This document shows positions 10,236 through 19,310 of a DNA stretch of 64,000 nt, piece after piece. Each line of letters starts with the position of its first letter. The stretch's first letter is position 1. The stretch is taken from contig JBFMBP010000032.1 of assembly GCA_040755155.1 (NCBI GenBank), forward strand, positions 26,828-90,827. The letters run 5' to 3'. The notes below the pieces were generated by a model, which was not told the DNA's origin, did no database searches, and saw only the letters and a list, made by a program, of their open reading frames with translations. This DNA is from Candidatus Omnitrophota bacterium. Lineage in GTDB: Bacteria; Hinthialibacterota; Hinthialibacteria; Hinthialibacterales; Hinthialibacteraceae. The position numbers and the translations under genes were made by a program.

Positions 10236-11012
10236 TTATCGTGATCCAACCGCTTCCTTACATTCGCCGGAATGAATATCGCCCGCGACGACGCCGTCTT
10301 GCAACTGGATAATTCGATGGCCGTAGGCCGCGTTTTTTTCGGAATGGGTAACCTGAACGATGGTAGTCCCTTCTCTATTCAGTTTGGCGAATAATTCCAT
10401 AATTTCCTCGCCTTGCTTGGAATGCAGATTTCCCGTCGGTTCGTCGGCGAGGATTAGTTTAGGATTGGCGACGACGGCGCGGGCGACGGCCACTAGTTGC
10501 TGCTGCCCGCCGGAAAGCTGGCTGGGGTATAAATCCTTCTTTCCCACGATCTGGAAGCGGTCCAAGGCGTCGCAGACGATGGAGGCGCGTTCGGATGCCT
10601 TGATGTTGCGATAAGAAAGCGGCGTATCGAGATTTTCATACACGGTCAGCGAATCGAGCAGATGGAAACTCTGAAAGACGAAGCCGATGGTTTGTTTGTT
10701 CAATTCGTTGCGCTCTTTGGGCTGGAGTTTATGAACCGGTTTGCCCATAAGGTAATATTCGCCGTTCCACTCGCCATCGAGCAGACCCAGGATATGCAGC
10801 AGCGTCGATTTGCCCGCGCCCGAAGGCCCCATGATCGTTACGAATTCGCCGGGCTGAATATCCAGGCTGATATCTTGTAAAACGTATGTTTTTCCCGCTT
10901 TGTTTTGATAGTACTTTTCAACGCCATGCAGGTGGATCAACATCGAATCGTCCGGCGCCAATTCGCGAAAATGCACTTGAGATTCCGGTTGGATTGTTTT
11001 TTTGAAGAACAT
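10236..11012 (-). CDS. ABC transporter ATP-binding protein (MacB/LolD-type ATPase), copy 1
   Basis: 258 aa. Walker [10 protein letters not shown], signature [14 protein letters not shown], Walker [13 protein letters not shown]-loop VTHS. Confidence 0.92.
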   Translation of the reverse strand: MFFKKTIQPESQVHFRELAPDDSMLIHLHGVEKYYQNKAGKTYVLQDISLDIQPGEFVTIMGPSGAGKSTLLHILGLLDGEWNGEYYLMGKPVHKLQPKERNELNKQTIGFVFQSFHLLDSLTVYENLDTPLSYRNIKASERASIVCDALDRFQIVGKKDLYPSQLSGGQQQLVAVARAVVANPKLILADEPTGNLHSKQGEEIMELFAKLNREGTTIVQVTHSEKNAAYGHRIIQLQDGVVAGDIHSGECKEAVGSR

Positions 11013-11067
11013 ATTTTTATCCTATCGATATAGATACGAAGATTTGTTTGGATTTATTTCGAATGGT

Positions 11068-12330
11068 TCATCTTAATCGGACGCGATCTTCTTTATCGTA
11101 CTCTTTCATATCCGACAGAATTATACGGTCGCCTTCTTTCAGACCTTCCAAAATCTCGACGGTATTGACGGAATTGCGGCCCAGCTGAACTCGCGTCCGC
11201 TGCGCTTCAGGACGTTCGGGATCGAGTTTGAAGACGCTGATGGCGGCGTTGGTTTGAGCGAAGACGGGTCGTCCAACATACAAAATATTCGTCATTTTCT
11301 CGATTTCAATATATCCGTCCAGCGTTTGGTCCGGGCGCGCGCCCGCCGGAAGCGAATCGTCCAAAGCCACGTCTACGTTGACCGTTCCTTCCTGAACCGA
11401 GGGATCGATGCGGATGACATGCCCCTTCAAGATGGAACTGCGCAGATCGATTTTCGCCGGAAGACCGATTTTCACTTCCCGCGCCTGGTTTTGTTCGATG
11501 CGCAGCACTGCTTTCAGCTTCGTAGGATCGGAGACCTTGGCTAAGTTTGTTGACGGAGTTACTTGATGGCCTTCTTCCACCAGCATCTGCTCCAACACGC
11601 CGCCGAATCCCGCTTTTACCTGGAGCGATTGGACCTGCCGTTCTTTCAGCGCCAGGTAAGCGCTGGCTTGTTCCACTAGCGCTTGAGACACTTCCAGTTC
11701 TTTTTTGGAAAGCCGCCGCTGAACGGTAATGCGCTTTTCCTCGATGATTTTCAACTTGGCCAACTCTTCCGCTCGCACTTTGGATACTTGCAATTGCAGA
11801 TCGGAAATCAAACCGTTTTGGGCCAGTTCTTCATCCGCTTTGGCTTTGAGCTTGGCTTCGGCCAGGTTGGCTTCCATCTGTGCGGAAGAACTTTCCAGGT
11901 TCAGCAATTGGTTTTCCAACTCCACTTCTTTCGCCGCCAACCTGGATTCCTCCGACTGGAGTTTCAACTGAGCGTCATCCAAATCCAATTGCAATTCGGG
12001 ATTGCTCAGTTCGATAATCACCGTTTCTTTCGTTACGAATGTTCCCGGCCGCACGAGTATATTTTCCACTCGCCCATTGGTTTCAGGCGCCACCCAGCGA
12101 ATATCGGTGGGAACCAGGCTGCCCGGCCCCCGCACTTCACGCAGCATATCGCCGCGCTTCACGGCATCGATCCAGACGGTAGAGCGTTCCACCGTAGGCG
12201 CAGCCGGTTCCAAGCGGGAAAGAGCGGCGGTAACGCCGCCGATTACGATCAAGGTTAAGACAACGGCGAGAGTGCGCCGGATAATGCGTTTGCGTCTGGA
12301 AGATTCGCGAGGTATATCCATAATTCTCAT
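11068..12330 (-). CDS. HlyD/MacA-family periplasmic adaptor (membrane fusion protein)
   Basis: 420 aa. N-terminal basic stretch plus TM anchor (RRTLAVVLTLIVIGGV), a barrel-sandwich start (VRGPGSLVP..GRVENILVRPG), a long coiled-coil hairpin, then a beta-barrel/MP domain. It is the first gene of the minus-strand ABC operon. Confidence 0.85.
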   Translation of the reverse strand: MRIMDIPRESSRRKRIIRRTLAVVLTLIVIGGVTAALSRLEPAAPTVERSTVWIDAVKRGDMLREVRGPGSLVPTDIRWVAPETNGRVENILVRPGTFVTKETVIIELSNPELQLDLDDAQLKLQSEESRLAAKEVELENQLLNLESSSAQMEANLAEAKLKAKADEELAQNGLISDLQLQVSKVRAEELAKLKIIEEKRITVQRRLSKKELEVSQALVEQASAYLALKERQVQSLQVKAGFGGVLEQMLVEEGHQVTPSTNLAKVSDPTKLKAVLRIEQNQAREVKIGLPAKIDLRSSILKGHVIRIDPSVQEGTVNVDVALDDSLPAGARPDQTLDGYIEIEKMTNILYVGRPVFAQTNAAISVFKLDPERPEAQRTRVQLGRNSVNTVEILEGLKEGDRIILSDMKEYDKEDRVRLR

Positions 12331-12627
12331 CTCCTTCGATCACCGCTAAAAGGCAAGGATCGTTCCAATGGCGATAAGTTTAACGAATTCATCCTGTTCG
12401 ATAATTCCTACCTTCGAAAACGAGAGGCAATTCCTAGCTGGCCATGTCCGATAACGGACAGGAAAACGTCCGGCGCCGGACGCTATTCGGAGAATCACGC
12501 AGTATAAATTAGGTTTACGAAAAGGAATGCGCATGACTTTACAGTATGGTTACCTTGCGAAAAAAACAGATTCGAATATATAAATATTCATTGTAAATCG
12601 AGCGCGCCGCCGGTATTTTTTATAATA

Positions 12628-12782
12628 AGAGCCTCTTGCAAAATTCCATTATTCCTCCCCCATGCTTGGGGGACGTTAGGAGGGGGTTGCTTTAAGTCTA
12701 ATATAATCAACCCCCCTTAACTCTCCCCAAGCATGGGGGGAGAATTAAAAAAGCGGACCTTATCATTTTTGCAAGAGCCTCA
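12628..12782. repeat. Nested-palindrome element, sequence variant
   Basis: Outer inverted repeat gagcctcttgcaaaa / ttttgcaagagcctc. Inner arms attcctcccccatgcttgggggacgttaggagggggttg and caaccccccttaactctccccaagcatggggggagaat are inverted copies, and each contains its own small palindrome. Lies in the divergent spacer between the adaptor gene and the CDF gene. Confidence 0.7.
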
Positions 12783-12847
12783 TAAAAGAAATCGCCGAAT
12801 GATATTCTTGAAAAACGATATTCGATTTGGACAAAGGATGCTATTCA

Positions 12848-13771
12848 ATGCAAATATCCGCTTCTATTAACGACTGGCGCCACACCCATGCGTTTGATGA
12901 AGGCAATCCCTTGGCCGAGAGAAACGCGCGTTGGGCTGTGGCGTTGACAACCGTAATGATGATCGCCGAGATTGCCGGGGGGTGGGCGTACAACTCGATG
13001 GCGGTGTTGGCGGACGGTTGGCATATGAGTTCCCACGCTTTGGCGCTCGGACTGTCGGTGTTGGCGTACGGGACCGCCCGCCGCTTTGCCCGCGACGAAC
13101 GATTCGCCTTCGGCACATGGAAAATTGAGGCGCTTGGCGGATATACCAGCGCCGTCTTTCTCGCAGGCGTCGCCGGATTGATGCTCTATCAGTCCTTTGA
13201 GCGCCTGATCTCGCCGACGCCGATACAATATAACCAGGCCATTGCGATCGCCATATCCGGCCTGCTGGTCAATCTTGCCTGCGCGCAGATGCTCAAGGAC
13301 GATCGTGAACTTCACCACGACCGCCATCATCGCGACATGAACCTACGTTCCGCCTATCTGCATGTCCTTGCCGACGCCTCCACATCGGCGCTTGCCATTT
13401 TGGCTCTGATCGGCGGCAAATTTTGGGGCGCCGATTGGCTCGATCCGGCCATGGGCATTGCGGGCGCCGTACTTGTCGCAGTATGGGCTTATGGATTGTT
13501 GCGCGATACCGGGCGCGTCCTGCTCGACGCCGAAATGGATGCTCCCGTCGTGGCCAAAATCCGGAAAGCCATCGACGCAAGATCGGAGAAGATCGACATC
13601 ACGGACCTGCACGTATGGCGCGTCGGAAAAAGCAAGTATGCCTGCATCCTTTCGCTCGCCGTGACGGACGCCGCCGTTCCGGACGAATTCCGGCGGCTGC
13701 TAAGCATCCACGATGAACTGGCGCATGTCACCGTAGAAGTAAACCAACGCCAAGGATTGCAAAGCACATGA
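12848..13771 (+). CDS. Cation diffusion facilitator (CDF) metal efflux transporter, DmeF/CzcD-like
   Basis: ORF 12827..13771. ATG at 12848 with AAGGA 10 nt upstream. Six TM segments, metal-site motifs LADGWHMSSH and YLHVLADA, a His-rich loop (ELHHDRHHRD) and a C-terminal cytoplasmic domain. Confidence 0.88.
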   Translation: MQISASINDWRHTHAFDEGNPLAERNARWAVALTTVMMIAEIAGGWAYNSMAVLADGWHMSSHALALGLSVLAYGTARRFARDERFAFGTWKIEALGGYTSAVFLAGVAGLMLYQSFERLISPTPIQYNQAIAIAISGLLVNLACAQMLKDDRELHHDRHHRDMNLRSAYLHVLADASTSALAILALIGGKFWGADWLDPAMGIAGAVLVAVWAYGLLRDTGRVLLDAEMDAPVVAKIRKAIDARSEKIDITDLHVWRVGKSKYACILSLAVTDAAVPDEFRRLLSIHDELAHVTVEVNQRQGLQST

Positions 13772-13866
13772 CGGGCCGATCGCCCTATCGGCTTTGGCCC
13801 TCTCTATTCCTAACGCCCCTATCACCGGAACAATCCTCATCGCGATTTTAACGGTACAGAAATCAA

Positions 13867-13886
13867 CCCGCCGTTGAAACGGCGGG
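13867..13886 (+). terminator. Candidate stem-loop terminator after the CDF gene
   Basis: cccgccgtt-gaa-aacggcggg, a perfect 9-bp GC-rich stem followed by ctattatcgtt. A second hairpin gcccctttaaaggggc lies at 13899-13914. The T-run is weak. Confidence 0.4.
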
Positions 13887-14086
13887 CTATTATCGTTAGC
13901 CCCTTTAAAGGGGCATTCCGTTAATAAAAATATTCCACGAAGATTCGATTGCTTATCCGCCTAACTCATGATACTTTATTATGTCATCGAATTTCCGAAA
14001 AATGATAAACTCGTTAGGCGCATTGGCAGAAAACGAGAAGGAATAATGCTTTTTTTGCGAATCAATGACTATTGGGGAGAACGAAA

Positions 14087-14635
14087 ATGTCCAATAAAGG
14101 TTTTACTCTCATCGAATTGCTGATCGTCGTGGCCATCATTGGCATCCTAGCCGCCATCGCCGTTCCCAATTTCTTGAACGCGCAAGTGCGGGCCAAAATA
14201 TCCCGCGTCGTTTCCGAAGAGCGCTCCATCGCCGAAAGTTATCTTATGTATAGATTAGACCGAGGCGCCTATCCCCCGCACATTGACGGCGATCCCGCTC
14301 AGCACCGCTTCGTTACGACGCCTATTTCCTATCTCACGTCCTCCGTCGCCGACATCTTCGCCGATCCCAAACGCAAAGGCGAATGGCCTTGGCAATGCTG
14401 CACCGTGGGACAATATCACTGCGAACCCGCCTATTTCGCTTATAACAAAAACTCGAAAGATCCGGTGCGCAGCAACCGCCAAGCGGCGTATTTCGTTTTG
14501 AGCTACGGCCCCGACAAGGTTTTTGACGGAGAAACATACAACGCCACCAATGGCCTTACCAGTCCGGGAAACATCATCGCTCTCGTTGAAGGTCATTACA
14601 AGGACGGATTTCCCTATACCAAGGGGAATTACTGA
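14087..14635 (+). CDS. Prepilin-type N-terminal cleavage/methylation domain protein (pseudopilin/GspG-like), paralog A
   Basis: MSNKGFTLIELLIVVAIIGILAAIAVPNF: the class III signal motif G|FTLIE plus a hydrophobic helix. GGGGAGA RBS 7 nt upstream of the ATG at 14087. Confidence 0.85.
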   Translation: MSNKGFTLIELLIVVAIIGILAAIAVPNFLNAQVRAKISRVVSEERSIAESYLMYRLDRGAYPPHIDGDPAQHRFVTTPISYLTSSVADIFADPKRKGEWPWQCCTVGQYHCEPAYFAYNKNSKDPVRSNRQAAYFVLSYGPDKVFDGETYNATNGLTSPGNIIALVEGHYKDGFPYTKGNY

Positions 14636-14638
14636 CTC

Positions 14639-14800
14639 TTGTTACGCATGAATGCCATTTTTCAAGGAATTTGCCGTCTTTACAATTCCTCTCCCAAGAT
14701 GGGGAGAGGTTAGGTGAGGGTTGATTTGATTGAACTTATAACCCCTCACCCTAACCCTCTCCCAAAGGGCGAGGGAATAGAAATACGTAACATGCGTTAT
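14639..14800. repeat. Nested-palindrome element, full copy
   Basis: Left arm ..ttcctctcccaagatggggagaggttaggtgagggttg and right arm caacccctcaccctaaccctctcccaaagggcgagggaa are inverted copies. Ends are gttacgcatg / catgcgtta. Fills the gap between two convergent stop codons (14635 and 14806), so it could act as a bidirectional terminator. Confidence 0.75.
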
Positions 14801-14805
14801 TAAGG

Positions 14806-16329
14806 TTATTTCTTCTCCACCCACTCCACGATGGAAAGAACCGCATTCGCCGCGTCGCGCTTATTTTGGGCGCGGATATACAGGCGGCCTAGAGCCGATT
14901 CATCCGACGAGACCGGGCATTCGAGCCATCGCCCTTCTTCGAAATGTTCGATGACGCCTAAGGAGGTTTTCCCTACCCAGACTTCCTGTTTACGCCCTCC
15001 TTTAAATTGATCGGCGTCGATGGCGTAGAGACGAACGGTTCCCACGGAGCGAGGGGGAACGGTCAATTCGATAATCAGCTCCTTGTCATCGGCGCGGCAA
15101 TGGTAAACCGGAGGCCGGAAGCCGTCCCAGCTGTATCCTTTTTTCGTTTCCGCGCCGTAACCTTCTTCGGCGAAAATCACTTCTTTCTGCGGCCGGCCGC
15201 AAAGCATATAGATTTTCACGCCCTGGGTTCGCAGTTCTTCCTCCATTGGCAGTTTTTCCACGCTCGGCCACAGCGGATTTTCCGGCGCCGGGGCGCGTTC
15301 GGCGGCGGCGGGCAAGGGAGGCAGCGGCGCATGAGGTTCCCGTTGATACCAATAAACGACGGTGGAGAGTTGCAGCTCGTTTCCCGGCTTGGAAAACTCT
15401 TGGCGGAAAAAGGGATCTTCGTTTTCGCCGAAGCCGATCGTCAGGCGCAGCGAGCGATCGAACGAGATGGCATCGTTGAGAAAGAAACGATAAGCCATAG
15501 CGCCTTGGAGAAATTTACAATATCCCGTATAAGGAAATTGCACGTCCACGGGAGGAAAGCCCCAGCTAAAGCCAAAGGAATCTTCAATGCCTTGCAATTC
15601 GACGGACGGCTTCTCCTCACCGTCGATATAAAATTTCGCGTTCTCATCGACAGGATAGCCGGAGCGGCCAGGGCGGCGCACCGTGGCGTTCCAACCAATG
15701 AACTTCCCTCTTCCTTTCGCCTCCAATGCCAGATAATCCTCCTTCCCCAACAGCAATCCCTCCTGCCGCCAATAGGCGTGAAAGTAAGCGATATCGTCAT
15801 CGATATTTTGATCGGTTCGGATCATCGCATAGCTGTAGCACGGCATGATTTTCCACAGTTCCTCGCCCGGCTCGACCGGTCCATCGTAGACCAACTCAAT
15901 GCGGGCGGAGCGGCGGAACGGCATGGGAAAATAAGCGTTGAAGCCCCGCTGTTTATTCACCATTGCCGTATTGACTTCGTCCCGCGTTCCGGCGGGATCG
16001 CAAAAGAAATCCACCAACGGGACGTCGACGCTGGGTTCCGCTTCGCCGTCCCAATACATTTTCAACAAGAGGTCACGGTTCAATTTCAACGTCTGGGGCA
16101 TGGCGAAATGGATCACGGTAATCGCCGCTGGACCAGTTGCGTCGACGACGGTTACCGTTTTCGAGGAATTGAACCGCGCCGTCAATGGAGTTTCGATCCA
16201 TAAAGCGTTTTGCGCATACGTCTTGCCGGGGATCAACCGGGCCAGATCGAGAATTTCCGAGGCTTGGGTGGAAAGAGATTGAAAAAGAATGAATACGAGA
16301 ATCCATCCGGTTAGGTTTTTCCTGTTCAT
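14806..16329 (-). CDS. DUF2961 (GH172-like) family protein, secreted
   Basis: ORF 14806..16407. I start it at the ATG at 16329 (GGAGGG RBS at 16335-16340), which gives the signal peptide MNRKNLTGWILVFILFQSLSTQASE. Family-typical stretches: FHAYWRQE, KFYIDGEEKPS, GIEDSFGFSWGF. Confidence 0.8.
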   Translation of the reverse strand: MNRKNLTGWILVFILFQSLSTQASEILDLARLIPGKTYAQNALWIETPLTARFNSSKTVTVVDATGPAAITVIHFAMPQTLKLNRDLLLKMYWDGEAEPSVDVPLVDFFCDPAGTRDEVNTAMVNKQRGFNAYFPMPFRRSARIELVYDGPVEPGEELWKIMPCYSYAMIRTDQNIDDDIAYFHAYWRQEGLLLGKEDYLALEAKGRGKFIGWNATVRRPGRSGYPVDENAKFYIDGEEKPSVELQGIEDSFGFSWGFPPVDVQFPYTGYCKFLQGAMAYRFFLNDAISFDRSLRLTIGFGENEDPFFRQEFSKPGNELQLSTVVYWYQREPHAPLPPLPAAAERAPAPENPLWPSVEKLPMEEELRTQGVKIYMLCGRPQKEVIFAEEGYGAETKKGYSWDGFRPPVYHCRADDKELIIELTVPPRSVGTVRLYAIDADQFKGGRKQEVWVGKTSLGVIEHFEEGRWLECPVSSDESALGRLYIRAQNKRDAANAVLSIVEWVEKK

Positions 16330-16397
16330 CGCAATCCCTCCGTATGGCTTAATGGCATGTATAAATCCGAATGAAGTCGATTCCCTCTCCAAGTAAT

Positions 16398-16430
16398 GAT
16401 GGGTCAAAAAACGCGACCCATCCTACTTTT
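16398..16430 (+). repeat. REP-like hairpin, family C (gatgggtcaaaaaacgcgacccatcctactttt)
   Basis: Stem gggtc/gaccc inside gatggg..cccatc. A near-identical copy lies at 57765-57799 and an inverted copy at 57714-57742. Confidence 0.75.
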
Positions 16431-16435
16431 CCAAA

Positions 16436-17302
16436 TCATTCCTTTTGGTTTAACTCTCCATAGCTCATCAGGCGGATGCTTCGTTTTTGGATAATGGACT
16501 TCACTTTCTCGCTGGTGAACGCCTTGGTAACGCCGTCGCGGTCGGCGGCTACGTTGCGGTAGCCTTCATGGCCGATGGAACGCATTTCCGGCGTATCCAG
16601 GCCGGGATGATCGATGAAAAGCCAAAGGCCAGGCTTTAGGTTTTCCAGTATCTTGCACAAGGCGGATTCTTTCTCCTGCGGCGTCATTTCGCTGCCGCCG
16701 AAGCCCCCTGCATATTTGGCGGCGGGCGCTTCAAGAGGTAAGTCGTATTCGTCGGCGAGCCGCATCGTCAACGCTTTCAATTCAGGCGTACAGACGGGCG
16801 TTCCCATGTGGGCGCTCAGATGGGTGACATTGGCGATTTTATCGATCGCCAATTCGATCTGGGCGCGCAGTTCTTTTTCCACCTCTTCAATTTTGGCGCG
16901 GGCTTCCATGAAACTGGAATGAGGCGGAAAATTTTTATTTGGGCTTGTCATGGGAAAGAAATGTCCCATCTCATCCACCAAACTGGGAGCATGAGTGATA
17001 GGCCCCCATTTGTAATACTCCCACTCGCTGGTCAAATCCAAATGAACGCCAACATCCAACTGCGGATTTTCCGCCAGCATCTTCACGGCTTCGTTAAACC
17101 AGGGCGCGGGAACCATGACCTCCACGGAACGCACGATCCCCTCGCGATAACATTGGATGCAGGCGACATTGGCGGCGTGGCAAGAGCCGATATCGTCGCC
17201 CCGCACGATCAATTGGATTTCGTTCTTGGAATCTTGGGCGCCAGCCATTGCGACGTAGCCGATAAAGAATAAAACAGCTATCAATCCCATATTTCGCTGC
17301 AT
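16436..17302 (-). CDS. YdjC/ChbG/HpnK-family carbohydrate deacetylase, secreted
   Basis: 288 aa. Signal-like N-terminus, then LIVRGDDIGSCHAANVA..VEVMVPAPW..DVGVHLDLTSEW, typical of the YdjC family. Confidence 0.8.
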   Translation of the reverse strand: MQRNMGLIAVLFFIGYVAMAGAQDSKNEIQLIVRGDDIGSCHAANVACIQCYREGIVRSVEVMVPAPWFNEAVKMLAENPQLDVGVHLDLTSEWEYYKWGPITHAPSLVDEMGHFFPMTSPNKNFPPHSSFMEARAKIEEVEKELRAQIELAIDKIANVTHLSAHMGTPVCTPELKALTMRLADEYDLPLEAPAAKYAGGFGGSEMTPQEKESALCKILENLKPGLWLFIDHPGLDTPEMRSIGHEGYRNVAADRDGVTKAFTSEKVKSIIQKRSIRLMSYGELNQKE

Positions 17303-17330
17303 TAATTTGTTCCTTTCTTCAATGGGGCAA

Positions 17331-17365
17331 TGGTGGGCTACGCTTTGCTTTGAGCCAGCCCTACA
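17331..17365 (-). repeat. REP-like hairpin, family B
   Basis: tggtgggctacgctttgctttgagccagccctaca is the reverse orientation of the 10174 copy. Lies between the esterase stop and the deacetylase start. Confidence 0.7.
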
Positions 17366-17384
17366 TTTCTTTCTTCTATGCTGT

Positions 17385-18533
17385 TCAACGGAAAAGCAGC
17401 GGGATAAACTCGGATAAATAGAGCCGCCAGACGCTCCATTGGTGGGCGCCTTCCGTCTCGTTGTAAATATGATCGATTTTATTGTCCTTCAGCGACTTGA
17501 TGAAATTATGGTTTTCTTCCAGCAGAAAATCGTTCTTGCCGATGGCGATCCACAGCAGTTTCATTTGTTTATTGACGCCTTCGGCCTCGGCGGCCAGTTT
17601 GGCGACGACCGGCTCCATGCCTCTAGCGGCGGAACTGAAACCGCCCACCCAGGCGAACGTATCCAGGTTGTTCAATCCCACGAAGAGCGATTGGCCGCCG
17701 CCCATCGACAAGCCGACGATGGCGCGATTTTCGCGTCCGGGCAGAACGCGATACGCCGATTCCACCAAGGGGATAACATCGGTCATCAAATCTTTTTCGA
17801 AAGCTTCGCGGGAACGGCTCCAACGGTTGGCGCGGTCTTGTTCCATAGAAACGGGAAGCGGAACATGGCCATCGGGCATGACGACAATCATCGGCTGCGA
17901 CTTGCCGTCGGCGATCAGGTTGTCGGCGACGACGTTGGCGCGTCCGATCCACATCCAATGGGAATCGTTATCGCCGCTGCCATGCAGCAGATAGAGCGCG
18001 GGATATTTCTTTTCCCCGTTCTTGAAATAATCCGGCGGCGTATAGACATGCACGCGCCGCCGTGCGCCCTCCGCCGCCGAGGAGGCGTACCAGTGTATGT
18101 TTACCGATCCGTGAGGAACATCGCGCCATTCGTCATGACGCGGCTGACCTTTGGGACCGGGCACTTCGACGTAGCCGCGCGAACCTTGGCGGTTGCCGAA
18201 GACGAAGGGGCTGGAGGGATCGGTATTGACTACGCCGTCCACATCGAAGGTATAGTCGTAAATCCCCGGCTTCAGCGGCCCTACCGTCAGGCTCCAAACG
18301 CCGTTCTCGCCCTTGGTCATCTCTTTGGAGGATGCGCCGATCTGCGATTGCATTTCGCCGCAATTCATACTTACTTTTTGAACATTAGGAGCGTAGAGTT
18401 CAAACGTGACGCGCCCGTCGTCCGATACTTGCGGGGATTTGACGGATGGACGTTCCGCCGCGCTTGCATAAAAAACATGATTGATGGCAATCGCTAAAGC
18501 CAGACCCGCGAATACAATTTTTCGGCAATGCAT
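17385..18533 (-). CDS. Esterase-family alpha/beta hydrolase (CE1 / enterochelin-esterase-like) with N-terminal Ig-like (E-set) domain
   Basis: ORF 17385..18701. I use the ATG at 18533 (GGAGGA RBS at 18541-18547), giving the signal peptide MHCRKIVFAGLALAIAINHVFYASA. The longer form would overlap the upstream gene. Motifs: YPALYLLHGSGDNDSHW and the nucleophile GLSMGG. Confidence 0.82.
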   Translation of the reverse strand: MHCRKIVFAGLALAIAINHVFYASAAERPSVKSPQVSDDGRVTFELYAPNVQKVSMNCGEMQSQIGASSKEMTKGENGVWSLTVGPLKPGIYDYTFDVDGVVNTDPSSPFVFGNRQGSRGYVEVPGPKGQPRHDEWRDVPHGSVNIHWYASSAAEGARRRVHVYTPPDYFKNGEKKYPALYLLHGSGDNDSHWMWIGRANVVADNLIADGKSQPMIVVMPDGHVPLPVSMEQDRANRWSRSREAFEKDLMTDVIPLVESAYRVLPGRENRAIVGLSMGGGQSLFVGLNNLDTFAWVGGFSSAARGMEPVVAKLAAEAEGVNKQMKLLWIAIGKNDFLLEENHNFIKSLKDNKIDHIYNETEGAHQWSVWRLYLSEFIPLLFR

Positions 18534-18631
18534 AATATTCTCCTCCATCGAGTTTCGAATGAATATAGATAGGTTTGAAAACGCCAACCGGCTTTTAATC
18601 ATTCCAAAAAAAATCCAAAATTGCAAGCGGT

Positions 18632-19225
18632 TCAGGAGCCGATGCGCCAGATGCCGCCCTGGCTGACCAAGCCGTTGCTGGCGTCGTAGGGCATCAGCCA
18701 ACAGGCGGTCAATTCGGCGCGCCAGCCGTAATTAATGGATGGGCCGATGGAATAGATTTGCCACGCGGCGCCCTTGAAAAGGTCTGCGAAGGGAAGTCCC
18801 GGTTCCCATGAATTGACGCCTTCGTTGTATTTGCGATTGAGAAAGAACTGCGATTTCTGATAGTTTTGAGCGTCGCTGATCGGCGTCCATCCTTTCCATT
18901 CCATTTTGCTGTTGAAGGGATCGATGGGAATGGAACTCATATAGGCGATGGGCGTGGTCAAGTGTTTGCCGCTGGAGGGTTGTTTGGCCCAATATAAGGC
19001 GAAATGAGTATAGACGCCGGACCGGGCGTCGGGAGGATACTCGTTCGTGTCCAGTTTATACATTTCCAAGGCGGTTCCGATGCTTTCGGCGTCGGCCTGG
19101 ACGCGGGCGATCTTGGCTCGCGTCTGCGCATTGATGAAATTGGGAACGGCGATGGCGGCCAATACTCCAATAATAGCGACAACGATTAATAGTTCGATTA
19201 AAGTAAAACCCGCCGATTTCGGCAT
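18632..19225 (-). CDS. Prepilin-type N-terminal cleavage/methylation domain protein (pseudopilin-like), paralog B
   Basis: MPKSAGFTLIELLIVVAIIGVLAAIAVPNF. AAGGAG RBS upstream of the ATG at 19225. Clearly paralogous to 14087..14635 through the first ~75 aa. Confidence 0.85.
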   Translation of the reverse strand: MPKSAGFTLIELLIVVAIIGVLAAIAVPNFINAQTRAKIARVQADAESIGTALEMYKLDTNEYPPDARSGVYTHFALYWAKQPSSGKHLTTPIAYMSSIPIDPFNSKMEWKGWTPISDAQNYQKSQFFLNRKYNEGVNSWEPGLPFADLFKGAAWQIYSIGPSINYGWRAELTACWLMPYDASNGLVSQGGIWRIGS

Positions 19226-19310
19226 GATTCTTCTCCTTCGCATTCATTGTCGTTCGTTGATTATTCCCAAACCGAAATTCTCCTCTACCCTACGGCAAGA
19301 AGCGTTCTCT

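Noticed and set aside
12346-12534. 62-aa minus-strand ORF upstream of the adaptor gene
   Set aside because: It lies in the divergent promoter region and has no RBS or recognisable fold. Most likely spurious.
12535-12847. Possible metal-sensing (NiCo/czcD-type) riboswitch upstream of the CDF transporter
   Set aside because: I could not recognise the conserved riboswitch core. The region is instead occupied by the nested-palindrome repeat. A covariance-model scan would be needed to be sure.
15007-16203. 398-aa plus-strand ORF
   Set aside because: Antisense to the DUF2961 gene, whose frame has family motifs and a signal peptide. The antisense peptide is R/G/A-rich with no recognisable features.
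17439-18497. 352-aa plus-strand ORF
   Set aside because: Antisense to the esterase gene, which has the GLSMGG nucleophile and an E-set domain. Shadow ORF.
17385-18701. N-terminally extended ORF-track versions of several genes (17385..18701, 14806..16407, 33830..35818, 19311..20645, 14072..14635, 12827..13771, 24811..25023)
   Set aside because: The extensions start at non-ATG codons or lack an RBS, overlap neighbouring genes or repeats, and sit in front of an internal ATG that has a good Shine-Dalgarno site and a signal peptide. I trimmed them.
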